DNA of 64,000 bases from positions 288,001-352,000 of the forward strand of contig CBDBGH010000003.1 of NCBI GenBank assembly GCA_965205265.1, in the 5' to 3' direction. The translations under genes were made by a program, and so were the position numbers. Of the stretch, positions 56,116 to 64,000 are shown piece by piece. The notes under the pieces are model-generated. The model was not told the DNA's origin. It did no database searches and was given only the letters and a program-made list of their open reading frames with translations. Origin of the DNA: Alphaproteobacteria bacterium (GTDB taxonomy: Bacteria > Pseudomonadota > Alphaproteobacteria > Bin95). The number at the start of each line of letters is the position of its first letter. Position 1 is the stretch's first letter.

Positions 56116-56216
56116 CGTCAAGGCGTCCGCAGAAAAAATTTGTTCATGCGGAATTGACGGTCCCGATTCCTTAATGGAACAAAAAGCGTATCGACTTAGC
56201 GTGCTCGTTTTCATCT

Positions 56217-56225
56217 TGTGGATAA
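56217..56225 (-). promoter_or_regulatory. Consensus DnaA box in the dcw promoter region
   Basis: TGTGGATAA on plus = TTATCCACA on minus. Confidence 0.5.
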
Positions 56226-56632
56226 CATTAAGTCGATCTACAAGATAAAGTGTGAGTGGCCCTTCGGGACCGGGCTAGGGAAACTGGCAAACGAAGGTGC
56301 CCGGGACCCTCGACGATCTGGCTCCCGATAGCGCCCGGGACGCGGGAAAGCCGGGTGTGCTTGGGATCCGGGGAGATAACCTTCGGTCTTTCCGCTCGAC
56401 CGGGTCCATGCTTTGCAACGTTGTTATGTTCTATTACTTAGACTTTTATCCTAAAATTATTTGACCTCGCATGGCGTAGTCCTGTGGAATCGTGCGGGAG
56501 CCCGGCCTCCGGGGCGGTCCGGGGTTCAGGGCCGGGACGCTCCGACAGCCGCGCCGCATTGCTTCCGCGGGACCCCGTGGACGAATTCACCGGTTTCGGC
56601 GCGGAACTCTGCCAGGTCCGCAAGAGGACGAT

Positions 56633-57026
56633 CCAGAAGGCCTGTAGGCCGGGTTCTGTACCGCCCGTTTCCGGGCGGCGACGACCATTCGTCTGGGACG
56701 TCCGTTGCCGGACGCCTCGTGCGACCAACCCGAGCGGCGACGCGGAGGACGCCGGCCGGGGCGGTTCGCTCCGGCCTGCCGCTCCTATTCGGTCTTGCTC
56801 CCGGTGGGGTTTGCCCTGCCGGCTCCGTTGCCGAAGCCGCGGGGCGCTCTTACCGCCCCGTTTCACCCTTGCCGGCCGGCGGGCGGGCCCGGAGGGCCGG
56901 CGGTTTGTTTTCTGTGGCACTTTCCCTGGGGTCGCCCCCGCCGGGCGTTACCCGGCACCGTTCCTCCGTGGAGCCCGGACCTTCCTCGCCGGGCAGGATG
57001 CCCGGCGCGGCCGTCCGGCCTTCTGG
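56633..57026 (-). ncRNA. rnpB: RNase P RNA, class A
   Basis: GAGGAAGGTCCGGGCTC, GAAAGTGCCACAGAAA and ACAGAACCCGGCCTAC conserved regions; P1 CCAGAAGG/CCTTCTGG pairing. Confidence 0.96.
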
Positions 57027-57039
57027 ACCGAGCCTCCAT

Positions 57040-58842
57040 TCAGACCTTTTCGAGCTCTTCGCGCAAGAGGGCGAGTTCGAGCCACTCCTCCTCGAGGGCC
57101 GCAATCTCGGTCCGCGCACCGCTCAACAGTTCCGCTGCATGGGCGAACCGTTCGGGGTCGCGCTCATAGAAGCCCGGGTCGGCAAGCATGCGCTCCAGCT
57201 TCCCGGCCCGTTTCTGCGCGCGCTCGATTTCGCCGGGCAGTTCGTCCCAGCGCCGCTGCTGGCGGAAGCCGAGCTTCGAGGCCGGCGCGCGCGGGCGGAC
57301 GGGCGCCGCCTTCGGCCGCGGTTTCGGGTCCGTCCGGGACTGGGCGGCCGGCCTGTTCCGGCGGTAGTCGCTGTAGCCGCCGGCGAATTCGCGCGCCGAG
57401 CCGTCTCCCTCCAGCGCGATGACGCTCGCGACGGTCTTGTCGAGGAAATCCCGGTCGTGGCTCACCAGGATCAGCGTCCCCTCGAAATCGCCCAGCACGT
57501 CCGCCAGCAGGTCGAGCGTGTCCATGTCGAGGTCGTTGGTCGGCTCGTCCAGCACCAGCAGGTCGCATTTCCGCGCGAGCGTGCGGGCGAGCAGCAGGCG
57601 GTTGCGCTCGCCGCCGGAAAGCGAGCCGACCGGACTTTCGACCTGGTCGAAATCGAACAGGAAGTCCTTCAGATAGCCGACCACATGGCGGGGCCGGCCG
57701 CGAACGAAGACGGTGTCGCCGCCTTCGGGGCAGAGCGTGCGCCGGAGCGTGGCGCCCGGGTCGAGCGAGGCGCGGCGCTGGTCGAAATAGGCGGATTGCA
57801 GGGTGGCCGACCGGCGGACCTTGCCGGAATCTGGCCGGAGTTCGCCGATCAGCATGCGCAGCAAGGTCGTCTTGCCGGCCCCGTTCGGCCCCAATATGCC
57901 GATCCGGTCGCCGCGCAGTATGCGGGTGCTGAAACCCTCGACGATCGCGCGGCTGCCATATTGCTTGGCGATATTGTCGGCCTCGATCGCCATGCGGCTC
58001 CTGATCTCGCTTTCCTCGAGCACGATGCGGGCGCGTTGCGGGGCTCCGAGCATGGCGGCGCGGCGCTCGCGCATGTCCATCAGCGCGGCGAGGCGGCCCT
58101 GGTTGCGCCGCCGACGGGCGGTGATGCCGCGATGCAGCCAGCGCGTCTCCTCGGCGATCCGGCGGTCGAGCTTCTCCTGCCGCCGCAGTTCCTCCGCAAT
58201 CGCCGCTTCCGACCATTCCTCGAAAGCGGCGAAGCCGCGCGCGGTCTGGCGCAGCCGGCCCCGCTCCAGCCAGAGGATGCGGTCGGTGACGTCCGCGAGG
58301 AAGCGCCGGTCGTGGCTGACGGTGACGACCGCGCCTTCATAGCCGCGAATGAGGCGTTCCAGCCATTCGATGGCGGGCAGGTCGAGATGGTTCGTCGGCT
58401 CGTCCAGCAGCAGGATGTCGGGCGCGACGGCCAGCACGCGCGCCAGCTCCGCCCGCCGGCTCTCGCCGCCGGAAAGCGTCGCCATGCGCCGGTCGGGATC
58501 GAGTTCCAGCCGGTCGAGCATCGCCGCGGCGGCGTGGTCGGCGGCGGGCGGCCCCTCGTCCGGGGGCCGGCGGACATAGTCGCCGACGCACATCTCGGCA
58601 TCGACCGGCGGGTCCTGGTGCAGATAGGCGATGCGGATGCCGGGCTGGGCGTAGCGTTCGCCGAGGTCGAGCTCCAGCTCGCCCGCAACGACCTTCATCA
58701 AGGTGGACTTGCCGCATCCATTGCGGCCGATCAGGCAGGCGCGGTCGCCGCGCGCAATGCCGAAGCTGACCTCGGAAAACAGGCTCGCGCCGCCGAAACC
58801 GATTTCGGCGTCGCGGAGCGTGAAGATCGGCGGGCCGGCCAC
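57040..58842 (-). CDS. uup: ABC-F family ATPase Uup
   Basis: Two ABC domains (GRNGCGKS, GPNGAGKT, DEPTN), ARRRRNQGR linker, C-terminal coiled coil. Confidence 0.9.
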   Translation of the reverse strand: MAGPPIFTLRDAEIGFGGASLFSEVSFGIARGDRACLIGRNGCGKSTLMKVVAGELELDLGERYAQPGIRIAYLHQDPPVDAEMCVGDYVRRPPDEGPPAADHAAAAMLDRLELDPDRRMATLSGGESRRAELARVLAVAPDILLLDEPTNHLDLPAIEWLERLIRGYEGAVVTVSHDRRFLADVTDRILWLERGRLRQTARGFAAFEEWSEAAIAEELRRQEKLDRRIAEETRWLHRGITARRRRNQGRLAALMDMRERRAAMLGAPQRARIVLEESEIRSRMAIEADNIAKQYGSRAIVEGFSTRILRGDRIGILGPNGAGKTTLLRMLIGELRPDSGKVRRSATLQSAYFDQRRASLDPGATLRRTLCPEGGDTVFVRGRPRHVVGYLKDFLFDFDQVESPVGSLSGGERNRLLLARTLARKCDLLVLDEPTNDLDMDTLDLLADVLGDFEGTLILVSHDRDFLDKTVASVIALEGDGSAREFAGGYSDYRRNRPAAQSRTDPKPRPKAAPVRPRAPASKLGFRQQRRWDELPGEIERAQKRAGKLERMLADPGFYERDPERFAHAAELLSGARTEIAALEEEWLELALLREELEKV

Positions 58843-58851
58843 CGGCGACCG

Positions 58852-59427
58852 TCAGGCGCCCAGCTTTGCCGCGAGACGCACGGTTTCCCGCACGACGCGC
58901 CGGACCGCCGCGCCATGGGGCTCCTCGGCAAGGCCGCCTTCATCGTCGAAAGCGTCGCCCGCTCGCGCGATGGCGTGCTGCGCGGGCGCGACGATGACGC
59001 CGATGCCGGAGAGAATCTGCCGGACATGCACAAGGCCGCGCAAGCCGCCCAGCGCTCCCGGCGAGGCCGCCATGAGGCCCGCGACCTTGCCGGCATACCA
59101 GACCAGCGGCGGCTGCCCGGCCACGGGGCGGGACACCCAGTCGATGGCGTTCTTCAGAAGCGGCGAGATCGAGCCGTTATATTCCGGCGAGGCGATCAGG
59201 AAGCCGTCATGGGCGAGGAACAGCTCCTTCAGCCGAACCGCGCCGGCCGGCAGGCCCTCGCCCGCTTCGAGGTCGCCGTTGTAGAGCGGCAGGTCGAATT
59301 CCGCGAGATCGAGGAGCAGCGCCTCCGCGCCGGCGGCCTCGGCCTCGCGCGCCGCGAAACGGGCCAGCCGGGCATTGAATGAGTCCCGGCGCACGGAACC
59401 CGCAAATGCGAGCAGTCTCGGGGTCAC
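58852..59427 (-). CDS. NAD(P)H-dependent FMN reductase
   Basis: AGSVRRDSFN, PEYNGSISPLLKNAIDWVSR; GTG start overlapping the upstream stop. Confidence 0.9.
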   Translation of the reverse strand: MTPRLLAFAGSVRRDSFNARLARFAAREAEAAGAEALLLDLAEFDLPLYNGDLEAGEGLPAGAVRLKELFLAHDGFLIASPEYNGSISPLLKNAIDWVSRPVAGQPPLVWYAGKVAGLMAASPGALGGLRGLVHVRQILSGIGVIVAPAQHAIARAGDAFDDEGGLAEEPHGAAVRRVVRETVRLAAKLGA

Positions 59428-60782
59428 AGACGGACGATCTTTCCCGGATTCATGATGTTCTTCGGGTCGAGCGCGCGTTTGACGACCCGCATCACCGGCA
59501 GGGCCGAGGGGTGCTCGTCCTCCAGGAAATGCATCTTGCCGTAGCCGATGCCGTGCTCGCCCGTGCAGGTGCCGCCCATGGCGAGCGCCCGGCGCACCAG
59601 GCGCTCGTTCAGCCCGGTCGCGATCCGCACTTCTTCGGCATTCTCCGTGTCGATGACGAAGATGACGTGGAAATTGCCGTCGCCCACATGTCCGACGATG
59701 GGCGTCGGGAAGGGCGCGGAGGCGAGGTCGGCGCGCGTCTCGGCGATGCATTCGGCAAGCCGCGAGATCGGCACGCAGACATCGGTGGGCCAACCCTCCG
59801 AACCCGGGCGCAGCGCGATGGCGGCGAAGAAGGCGTCATGGCGCGCTTGCCAGAGCCGGTTGCGCTCCTCGGTGGTGGTGGACCAGGCGAAGTCCGAGCC
59901 GCCGAACTCCTGCGCGATGGCGCCTGTCGCCTCCGCCTGCTCGGCCACGCCCGCCGGCGTGCCGTGGAACTCGAAGAAGATGTGCGGAGAGGCGGCGTAT
60001 TCCAGCCTGGAATACCGGTTGCAGGCGTCCATCTGCACCTCGTCCAGCAACTCGATCCGGGCGACGGGAATGCCGGACTGTATCGTCAGGATGACCGCGT
60101 CCACGGCGGCATCGACCGACGGGAAGGCGCAGACCGCCGACGCGATGCTCTCCGGGATGCCGTAGAGCCGGAGATGGATGCCCGTGACGATGCCGAGCGT
60201 GCCTTCGGAGCCGATATAAAGGCGGGTGAGGTCATAGCCGGCAGAAGACTTTCGCGCCCGCGTGCCGGTCCGGATCAGGCGCCCGTCCGGCAATACGACC
60301 TCGAGGCTGAGCACATTCTCGCGCATGGTGCCGTAGCGCACGGCATTGGTGCCGGAGGCTCCGGTCGCCACCATGCCGCCCAGCGAGGCGTCGGCGCCGG
60401 GGTCGATCGGGAAGAACAGCCCCGTGGCGCGCAGTTCCTCGTTGAGCCGCTTGCGCGTGACGCCGGGCTCGACGAAGCAGGTCATGTCGTCGCCGTGAAT
60501 CTCGCGGATGCGGTCGAGACCGGTCAGGTCGATGGTGATGCCGCCGTCGAGAGCGCCGATATGGCCTTCGAGCGAGGTGCCGGCGCCGAAGGGCACGACC
60601 GGCGTGCCGGATTCGTGGCAGGCGCGCACGATGGCCTGCACCTCCTCGACCGTCTCCGGAAAGACGACGGCGTCGGGCGGGTGCGGCGCATGGAACGTGG
60701 CGTCCTTGCCGTGATGCCCGCGCACCGCCTCCGCGGTGCTGAACCGTGTGCCGAAACGCTCCCTGAGGGCGGCGAAGCTCAT
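59424..60782 (-). CDS. FAD-linked oxidase, D-lactate dehydrogenase (cytochrome)/GlcD family
   Basis: GAGTSLEGH, IDPGADASLGGM, GHVGDGNFH, GEHGIG, NIMNPGK. Confidence 0.92.
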   Translation of the reverse strand: MSFAALRERFGTRFSTAEAVRGHHGKDATFHAPHPPDAVVFPETVEEVQAIVRACHESGTPVVPFGAGTSLEGHIGALDGGITIDLTGLDRIREIHGDDMTCFVEPGVTRKRLNEELRATGLFFPIDPGADASLGGMVATGASGTNAVRYGTMRENVLSLEVVLPDGRLIRTGTRARKSSAGYDLTRLYIGSEGTLGIVTGIHLRLYGIPESIASAVCAFPSVDAAVDAVILTIQSGIPVARIELLDEVQMDACNRYSRLEYAASPHIFFEFHGTPAGVAEQAEATGAIAQEFGGSDFAWSTTTEERNRLWQARHDAFFAAIALRPGSEGWPTDVCVPISRLAECIAETRADLASAPFPTPIVGHVGDGNFHVIFVIDTENAEEVRIATGLNERLVRRALAMGGTCTGEHGIGYGKMHFLEDEHPSALPVMRVVKRALDPKNIMNPGKIVRL

Positions 60783-61159
60783 TTGACGCACATGGCCTCG
60801 ATCTCCACCACCATTGCCGGGTCGGCCAGGCCCGACACGAACAGCAGCGTGGACGCCGGCGGGTGGTCGCCGAGAAAAGCGCCCCGGCTCTCGCGGTAGT
60901 AGTGGATGTCCTCACGGCGGGTGAGGAATACGTTGATCTTGACGATATTCTCCCGCGAGAGGCCGGCCGCCTCCAGTTGTGCGCCGAGATTGACCCAGAC
61001 CTGGTCGATCTGGCCGCGCGCATCCTCCACGACGGAACCGTCGGGCCTGACGCCGACCTGTCCGGAGATATAGACCCAGGTGGCGCCGGCAGGCGCTTCC
61101 ACCGAATGCGAATAGCCGCGCGGGGCGTGGACGGAGTCCGGATTGCGTCTTGTCAGCAT
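60779..61159 (-). CDS. RidA/YjgF family protein
   Basis: YSHSV, ISGQVG, PPASTLL, VEIEA. Confidence 0.88.
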   Translation of the reverse strand: MLTRRNPDSVHAPRGYSHSVEAPAGATWVYISGQVGVRPDGSVVEDARGQIDQVWVNLGAQLEAAGLSRENIVKINVFLTRREDIHYYRESRGAFLGDHPPASTLLFVSGLADPAMVVEIEAMCVK

Positions 61160-61253
61160 GGCTTCCCTGTTCTCCCCTGTGCCAGCGGAGATCGAGAGAT
61201 AGCATATCGGGCGGTATCGGGCACGGCAGCCCCGCCGGCAGTCCCCGGGGCGC

Positions 61254-61706
61254 CTATCGCTTCGGCGCGCCGCCGTGCCCCGAACCGTGCTTGTGGCCGC
61301 CCTGCATCGCGCCGGAGCCGAAGTGCTGCTTGACGATGACCTTGTCGCGAACGCGCGCGGCCGTTTCCGCGGTCTTTCCGTCCACCTCGATGGCCAGCGC
61401 CCATTCGCCATGCATTTCGAGCTCCAGCACTGCCATGTAATGGCCGGGCTTGCCTTCGACCGGCTTGGCGCTTGCCGGCGGAATATTGTGCGCCATCGGC
61501 ATACTGGGCATGTCGGCCTTGACGGAAAGCGCCTCTCCGATGACCGGTTCCGCCGATTTCCGCCCTGTGACGGCGATGGCGCAGGCATAGACCAGCGCCT
61601 CCGCGGTCGGTTCGCAGACAACGTCGGCGGCGGCGCGTTCGCCGGCCAGAGCGGGCGGAGCAAGGAGGGCGAACCCCAAAACTGCAAGCGCCGGTATGCG
61701 TATCAT
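61254..61706 (-). CDS. Secreted FixH/YtkA-like protein (possible metal chaperone)
   Basis: Signal peptide, ADMPSMPMAH, LEMHGEW, His/Gly-rich tail. Confidence 0.65.
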   Translation of the reverse strand: MIRIPALAVLGFALLAPPALAGERAAADVVCEPTAEALVYACAIAVTGRKSAEPVIGEALSVKADMPSMPMAHNIPPASAKPVEGKPGHYMAVLELEMHGEWALAIEVDGKTAETAARVRDKVIVKQHFGSGAMQGGHKHGSGHGGAPKR

Positions 61707-61707
61707 G

Positions 61708-62403
61708 TCAGGCCTCCTCTTCCAGTCCGAGATAGCGTTCGACGATGCGTTCGTCGCCCAGCAGCGCCTGCGCCGGGCCCTGCCGCGCGATGCGCCCGCT
61801 CTCCAGGAGATAGGCGCGGTCGGCGGCTCTCAGCGCCTGCACGAGATTTTGCTCGACCAGGAGGATCGTCAATCCCCGGTCCCGGAGCTGCGGCAGCAGC
61901 GCAAAGATGGCCTGCACGGCGTTCGGTGCCAGTCCGAGCGAGGGTTCGTCCAGCAGCAGCAGCCGGGGTTCCCGGGCCAGGGCGCGGGCAATGGCCAGCA
62001 TCTGCGCTTCGCCGCCCGAGAGCGAGGCGCCCCGGCTCGATGCGCGTTCTTCGAGCCTGGGAAACAGCTCGTAGAGATCGGCGAACGAACGGCGTCCCGG
62101 CGCGGCGAGCTTCAGGTTTTCCTCGACCGTCAGACCGCCCAGCACCATGCGCCCCTCGGGACAGAGCGCGATGCCGCGCCGGAATATGCGGTGGCTCGGC
62201 AATCCGAGCACCTCCTCACCCCGAAAGGCGACCTTTCCCCCGGCGGCGGGCGCGAGGCCGGCGACCGCGTGGATGAGCGAGCTCTTGCCCGCGCCGTTCG
62301 CGCCGATCAGCGCCACGATTTCGCCTTCGCGCACTTCGAGCGAGATGCCGGCCAGCGCCTGCACGGGCCCGTAGCTCACCCGCAGGTCGCGCACCTCAAG
62401 CAT
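61708..62403 (-). CDS. Branched-chain amino acid-type ABC ATP-binding protein (LivF-like)
   Basis: GANGAGKS, LSGGEAQM, DEPSLGLAP, LVEQN. Confidence 0.92.
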   Translation of the reverse strand: MLEVRDLRVSYGPVQALAGISLEVREGEIVALIGANGAGKSSLIHAVAGLAPAAGGKVAFRGEEVLGLPSHRIFRRGIALCPEGRMVLGGLTVEENLKLAAPGRRSFADLYELFPRLEERASSRGASLSGGEAQMLAIARALAREPRLLLLDEPSLGLAPNAVQAIFALLPQLRDRGLTILLVEQNLVQALRAADRAYLLESGRIARQGPAQALLGDERIVERYLGLEEEA

Positions 62404-63148
62404 CGACCGGGGCCTCGGTCCCGAGATAGGCCTCGATCACCGCCGGCCGGCGCAGGACCTCCGCGGGCGCGCCGTCTGCGATCAACCGCCCGAAATTCAG
62501 CACCGCGAGCCGCGTGCAGAGGCCGGTGATGAGCGCCATCTTGTGCTCGACCACGATGACGGTCCGGCCGGGGCAGGCGAGTCTTGCGATGAGGCCGGTC
62601 ATCTCGCGCGTCTCGGCCGGGGTCATGCCGCCGGAAGGCTCATCGAGCAGCAGCAGCGCGGGGTCCCGGACCAGCGCCCGCGCCAGCTCCAGCCGGCGCT
62701 GGCTCGCAAGCGGCAGTTCGCCCGCCAGCCGGTCGGCGTCGCCGCCGAGCCCGACCCGCTCGACCAGGTCGCGCGCCCGTTCGCGCCGCCGCCCGTCGCG
62801 GCGCCGGCCGCCTATGAGGTCCGCGAAGCGCATGCCGGTCATGCCGTTCTGCGCGGCGAGCACGTTTTCGAGCACCGTCATGCGCCGGAAGACGCGCAGG
62901 TTCTGGAAGGTGCGCACAAGGCCGAGCCGCACGATCCGCTCCGGCGGCAGGCCCAGCAGGTCCTCGCCCCGGAAGCGGACCCGGCCCGTTGCCGGATAGA
63001 CGCCCGTAAGCGCATTGATGAGCGTGGTCTTGCCGGAGCCGTTCGGGCCGATCAGCCCCAGCACTTCGCCCTCGACGGCGGCGAGAGAAATATCCTCCAG
63101 CGCCGTCAACCCGCCGAAGCGGACCGTCAGCCCGTCAATCGCCAGCAT
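62396..63148 (-). CDS. Branched-chain amino acid-type ABC ATP-binding protein (LivG-like)
   Basis: FGGLTAL, GPNGSGKT, RTFQ, VIEAYLG. Confidence 0.92.
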   Translation of the reverse strand: MLAIDGLTVRFGGLTALEDISLAAVEGEVLGLIGPNGSGKTTLINALTGVYPATGRVRFRGEDLLGLPPERIVRLGLVRTFQNLRVFRRMTVLENVLAAQNGMTGMRFADLIGGRRRDGRRRERARDLVERVGLGGDADRLAGELPLASQRRLELARALVRDPALLLLDEPSGGMTPAETREMTGLIARLACPGRTVIVVEHKMALITGLCTRLAVLNFGRLIADGAPAEVLRRPAVIEAYLGTEAPVDA

Positions 63149-64000
63149 CTTTTCGCAACAGGAAGCGGCGGATGCGGTAAACGGCGGCCTCGTCCAGCAA
63201 TCCGCGCGGGCGGACGATCAGCAGGACCGCGACCAACCCGCCGAACACGATCATGCGGTAGCCGGAGAAGGCGCGCGTCGATTCGAGGACGCCGATGTCG
63301 AGCGCGACGCCCAGCAGCGGGCCGAACGCGGTACCGAGCCCGCCGATCAGGCCGTAGGCGAGCCCGTGCACCCCGAGCATGACATTGAAGATCTTCGGTT
63401 CGACATAGGTGTTGAGATGGGCGTAGAGCGCGCCGCCGATGCCGGCCACGAGCCCGGCAGCGGCCACCGTTGCGATCTTGGCGAGGTTCACATTGACGCC
63501 CTGGAGACGGGCAAGCACCGGGTCTTCGCCCACCATGCGCAATATGGCGCCGAGGCGCGTTCTCTCGATCCAGAGGATTATGGCGAGCGTCGCCGCCAGC
63601 AGCGCCAGTATGACCAGCAGGAATTCGCTGGCGGACATGTCCGCCTCGTAGATGTAGCGGATGTCGCGGAAGCCTTCGGAGCCGTTGGGGCCGACAAGCT
63701 CCCCGTCCTGCTCCACCTGGTAGGTGAAGATTTCGAGCGAAAGGCGCACCATTTCCGCAAACGCGAGCGTCGCAATGGCGAAATAGAGCCCCCTTATGCG
63801 CAGGGTCGGGATGGCGAGCAGAAGGCCCGCAAGACCCGCGACGGCCGCGCCCCAAAGGACCGCGCCGAGGAACGGCCAGCCCCACATGGCCGAGGCGATG
63901 CCGGAGGCATAGGCCGAGACCGCGAAGAAGGCCTGCTGGCCGAAGGAAATCTCGCCGACGACAAGCACCAGATAGGCCGACAGGGCGATGAAGGAGATCA
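63135..64000 (-). CDS. Branched-chain amino acid-type ABC permease (LivM-like), 5' part outside window
   Basis: GEISFGQQAF, LRIRGLYFAIATLAF, IGGLGT; frame open to the window edge. Confidence 0.88.
   Translation of the reverse strand, partial: ISFIALSAYLVLVVGEISFGQQAFFAVSAYASGIASAMWGWPFLGAVLWGAAVAGLAGLLLAIPTLRIRGLYFAIATLAFAEMVRLSLEIFTYQVEQDGELVGPNGSEGFRDIRYIYEADMSASEFLLVILALLAATLAIILWIERTRLGAILRMVGEDPVLARLQGVNVNLAKIATVAAAGLVAGIGGALYAHLNTYVEPKIFNVMLGVHGLAYGLIGGLGTAFGPLLGVALDIGVLESTRAFSGYRMIVFGGLVAVLLIVRPRGLLDEAAVYRIRRFLLRKDAGD

Noticed and set aside
56230-56470. AT-rich region between mraZ and rnpB as oriC or a CtrA array
   Set aside because: Only one perfect DnaA box and no full TTAA-N7-TTAA was seen; consistent with a promoter region
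56438-59382. 973-aa and other ORFs overlapping rnpB and uup
   Set aside because: They overlap the RNase P RNA and are antisense to uup

Overview
High-GC (about 70%) alphaproteobacterial chromosome segment, probably Rhodospirillales-like. This is inferred from the separate F0 atpI-B-E-F'-F operon, the alpha-type dcw cluster and RPE/RIME-like palindromes. The right half is mostly core genome: F0 ATP synthase, miaA/serB, a complete mraZ-ftsZ dcw cluster, RNase P RNA, uup, a D-lactate-dehydrogenase-like oxidase and a Liv-type ABC transporter. The left half is accessory catabolism and transport: LhgO-like oxidase, NtaA/DmoA monooxygenase, MFS, esterase, CmcJ/NvfI enzyme, AAA+DUF4143 ATPase, ACAD-TauD-soxYZ with YeeE/YedE, a divergent Alr-fold enzyme, formate-dehydrogenase-associated accessory genes, an RND-MlrC-Dpp-NDT run, an HMFO-like GMC oxidase and a VapBC-like pair. 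No CRISPR array, rRNA, tRNA or intact transposase was seen. The most unusual signals are non-coding: (1) two diverged copies of a ~480-bp element with its own sigma70-like promoter and conserved hairpins (5168-5660 minus, 36145-36650 plus), a candidate multicopy structured ncRNA or non-autonomous element; (2) four 12-bp direct repeats with an exact 22-bp period over the start of the AAA+DUF4143 gene; (3) a 377-bp ISAs1-like MITE with a 10-bp target duplication and nested palindromes. All calls come from reading the sequence and recalled motifs; no database search was run.
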